Sequence record: OP292222.1
DNA: 64,000 nucleotides
From: Escherichia phage Esco_phi_B-01
Reading direction: 5' to 3' (one strand)
In this document: in pieces, positions 62,075 through 64,000 of the stretch
Numbering within the stretch: the stretch's first letter is position 1
How the letters are laid out: every line of letters begins with the position of its first letter
The notes under the pieces: generated by a model
Seen by the model: only the letters and a program-made list of their open reading frames with translations
What the model was told of the DNA's origin: nothing
Database searches by the model: none
Program-made: the position numbers and the translations under genes

Positions 62075-62527
62075 ATGATTATCAATTCAAACTCTTGGCA
62101 CGTTAAATTACACGACCGTTTTTACGACCGTCATTCTCGACCACACTCTTTGTGTGCTTATTTCTGGAAAATGGTTTGGGCTTGTTTTGCTTGTGCAGTT
62201 GTTGCAGGTAGTACGCTTTTTGGATTAACTGTTGCAGGAGCTGGTGTATTAGAGCATTTCTTTGTATTAAGTACTCCCGTTCTGTTGAGCCTCGGGTTTG
62301 TTTTAGGGTTGACTGCAATAGCTCTTATTATTGCGCTATCCATCGGTTTGGCATTCGGTGCGATGAATTTACACGCATGGTATGATGCCCGTAAAGAAGA
62401 AAAGGAATGGGAACGAATTAAAGCTAAACGTGAAGGAAAGGAAATTAAAGAAAATATAGTCGTCCAATACATTAAAGCTCGTAAATCTAAGATGTGTCCT
62501 GTAATTCACTTCGAGAACAAAGAATGA
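62075..62527 (+). CDS. Membrane protein (multiple TM helices)
   Basis: 150 aa; AAGGAAA RBS. Confidence 0.5.
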   Translation: MIINSNSWHVKLHDRFYDRHSRPHSLCAYFWKMVWACFACAVVAGSTLFGLTVAGAGVLEHFFVLSTPVLLSLGFVLGLTAIALIIALSIGLAFGAMNLHAWYDARKEEKEWERIKAKREGKEIKENIVVQYIKARKSKMCPVIHFENKE

Positions 62528-63534
62528 GAACAGTTATGAAAGGCTACTTCGGTAGCCATCTTTATGGAACAAGTACTCCGGAATCCGATGTCGATTTTAA
62601 AGAAATCTTTGTTCCACATCCGCGTGATATTCTGTTAGGTACGGCAATGAACCATACCAACCTGAACACGAATAACACTGCTTCCAAAAACACTAAAGAT
62701 GATGTTGACCATGAGCTTTACAGCCTGAAATATTTCTTTAAACTGGCTGCTGAAGGCGAAACCGTTGCTCTGGATATGCTCCACACTCCACCTGAACTAG
62801 TGGTTAAATCTGATTTACCTGATGTATGGAAATTTATCCAAGATAACCGTTCACGTTTCTATACAACTAACATGAAAGCCTATTTAGGGTACGTCCGTAA
62901 GCAAGCTTCTAAATATGGTGTTAAGGGTTCTCGATTGGCTGCTCTGCGTGGTGTACTGGCAATTGTTAACCAGATTCCTGAACAGTGGGTCGATTATCAA
63001 GAAGGCATTCCAGATCGTTTACGTCGGACTAAGGTAGAAGATATCAAGCACAGGCTCCCTGAAAACGAGTTTTGCGAATGGGTATTTCATAACCATGAGA
63101 AAACAGGTCCTCAAACGTTCTATACTGTCCTCGGACGTAAGTACCAAACTACTTTGTCATTGGTCGAGCTTAAGCAATCTCTGAATAAACTCGATGCCGA
63201 ATATGGCGAACGTGCTCGTAAGGCTGAAGCCAATGAAGGTATTGACTGGAAAGCTCTGAGCCATGCTTATCGTGCCGGGTACCAATTGATGGAAATCTAC
63301 CAAACTGGTGACTTGGTATTCCCATTGCGTGAAGCCTCTATCATTAAGCTGATTAAAGCTGGTGAATTACCATTTAAAGAAGTTCAAGAACTTCTTGAAG
63401 ATACTGTCGATTTAGTTGAAGTTCTGGCCATCCAGGCAGCTAAGAATGGTATGCCTGCGAAGGTGGACATGAAGTTCTGGGACAAGTTCGTCGAAGAGGT
63501 GTACCTTGACAACCACAACTCTTATTACCGTTAA
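62521..63534 (+). CDS. Putative Pol-beta-type nucleotidyltransferase-domain protein
   Basis: 337 aa from ATG 62521; N-terminal YFGSHLYGTSTPESDVDF matches hG[GS]x9-13[DE]h[DE]h. Confidence 0.55.
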   Translation, partial: RMRTVMKGYFGSHLYGTSTPESDVDFKEIFVPHPRDILLGTAMNHTNLNTNNTASKNTKDDVDHELYSLKYFFKLAAEGETVALDMLHTPPELVVKSDLPDVWKFIQDNRSRFYTTNMKAYLGYVRKQASKYGVKGSRLAALRGVLAIVNQIPEQWVDYQEGIPDRLRRTKVEDIKHRLPENEFCEWVFHNHEKTGPQTFYTVLGRKYQTTLSLVELKQSLNKLDAEYGERARKAEANEGIDWKALSHAYRAGYQLMEIYQTGDLVFPLREASIIKLIKAGELPFKEVQELLEDTVDLVEVLAIQAAKNGMPAKVDMKFWDKFVEEVYLDNHNSYYR

Positions 63535-63542
63535 CTAAATTT

Positions 63543-63566
63543 AGGACCCTTCGGGGTCCTTTTTTG
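63543..63566 (+). terminator. Intrinsic terminator
   Basis: aggaccc-ttcg-gggtcct then TTTTTT. Confidence 0.6.
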
Positions 63567-63584
63567 GGTTTAGTGCAAAAAAGA

Positions 63585-63650
63585 GTTTACACTCTCGTAG
63601 AGCATGTTATTATGGACCTATCAAATCTACTGAGTGAAACGGAGAATATA
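63585..63650 (+). promoter_or_regulatory. PeSL-type early promoter
   Basis: GTTTAC, 17 bp, TATTAT, GGACCTATCAA. Confidence 0.5.
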
Positions 63651-64000
63651 ATGTTAACTATCAAAATCAACAAAGGTATCTATCGCGGTAATGAAATCTC
63701 TGGTACGTTCATGAGTTCAGGTAAAACCTGGTTCCCTAATAAAATTCATGAATCCGAAGCTCATCTCGGTGATGGCAAGGTATTTGTACAGATTGATGGT
63801 GTTGAACGTGGTGTGTGGGTGTTCAAATGCGACATCGAAATGGAAGGTGCTGAAGCTCATGCAATGGTTACTGAATCCTCTGAAGAAATGAAACATCGCA
63901 TCAACAAACGTTTTAAAGTAATGAACATGATGACTAACGGAATCATCGATGGTAAAATTCGTTCCCTTATCATCTCTGGTGCCGCAGGTATTGGTAAAAC
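63651..64000 (+). CDS. Hypothetical protein, N-terminal part only (runs off window end); P-loop-like GAAGIGK at the end
   Basis: ATG 63651 with GGAGAA RBS; open to position 64000. Confidence 0.4.
   Translation, partial: MLTIKINKGIYRGNEISGTFMSSGKTWFPNKIHESEAHLGDGKVFVQIDGVERGVWVFKCDIEMEGAEAHAMVTESSEEMKHRINKRFKVMNMMTNGIIDGKIRSLIISGAAGIGK

Noticed and set aside
42348-63650. Regularly recurring roughly 50-bp repeats considered as a possible CRISPR array
   Set aside because: Copies are 300 to 3000 bp apart, separated by protein-coding genes, and each contains a sigma70-like -35/-10; they are promoter cassettes, not CRISPR repeats

Overview
This window is a segment of a T4-like (Tevenvirinae) myovirus genome, in reverse orientation relative to the conventional T4 map. 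Positions 1-38406 are mostly the minus-strand late structural operon, T4 order conserved: uvsW (N-terminus only), then gp24 (two tandem copies), gp23, gp22, gp21, gp68, gp67, gp20, gp19, gp18, gp17, gp16, gp15, gp14, gp13, wac, gp12-gp6, gp5.4 (PAAR), gp5, gp53. Plus-strand inh-like, hoc and rnlB sit between uvsW and gp24. Positions 38453-64000 are a plus-strand early/middle region: gp4, gp2, gp3, gp1 (dNMP kinase), 57A, 57B (Acb1-like), internal proteins, three tRNAs, then a hyperplastic stretch of small ORFs containing nudE, e (lysozyme), an ipIII-like gene, denV, regB and tk. Identifications rest on protein sequences recalled from T4; no database search was run. The main candidate for something new is a two-gene minus-strand insertion between hoc and rnlB (2374-4253): a collagen-like protein with an embedded CBM5/12-type carbohydrate-binding motif, followed by a second Hoc-family protein. 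Other leads: a tandem array of four small paralogs with a shared C-terminal W-x-S-S-x-x-C tail (48301-49324), a macro-domain protein, two nucleotidyltransferase-fold proteins, and eleven copies of a promoter plus stem-loop cassette (PeSL-like).
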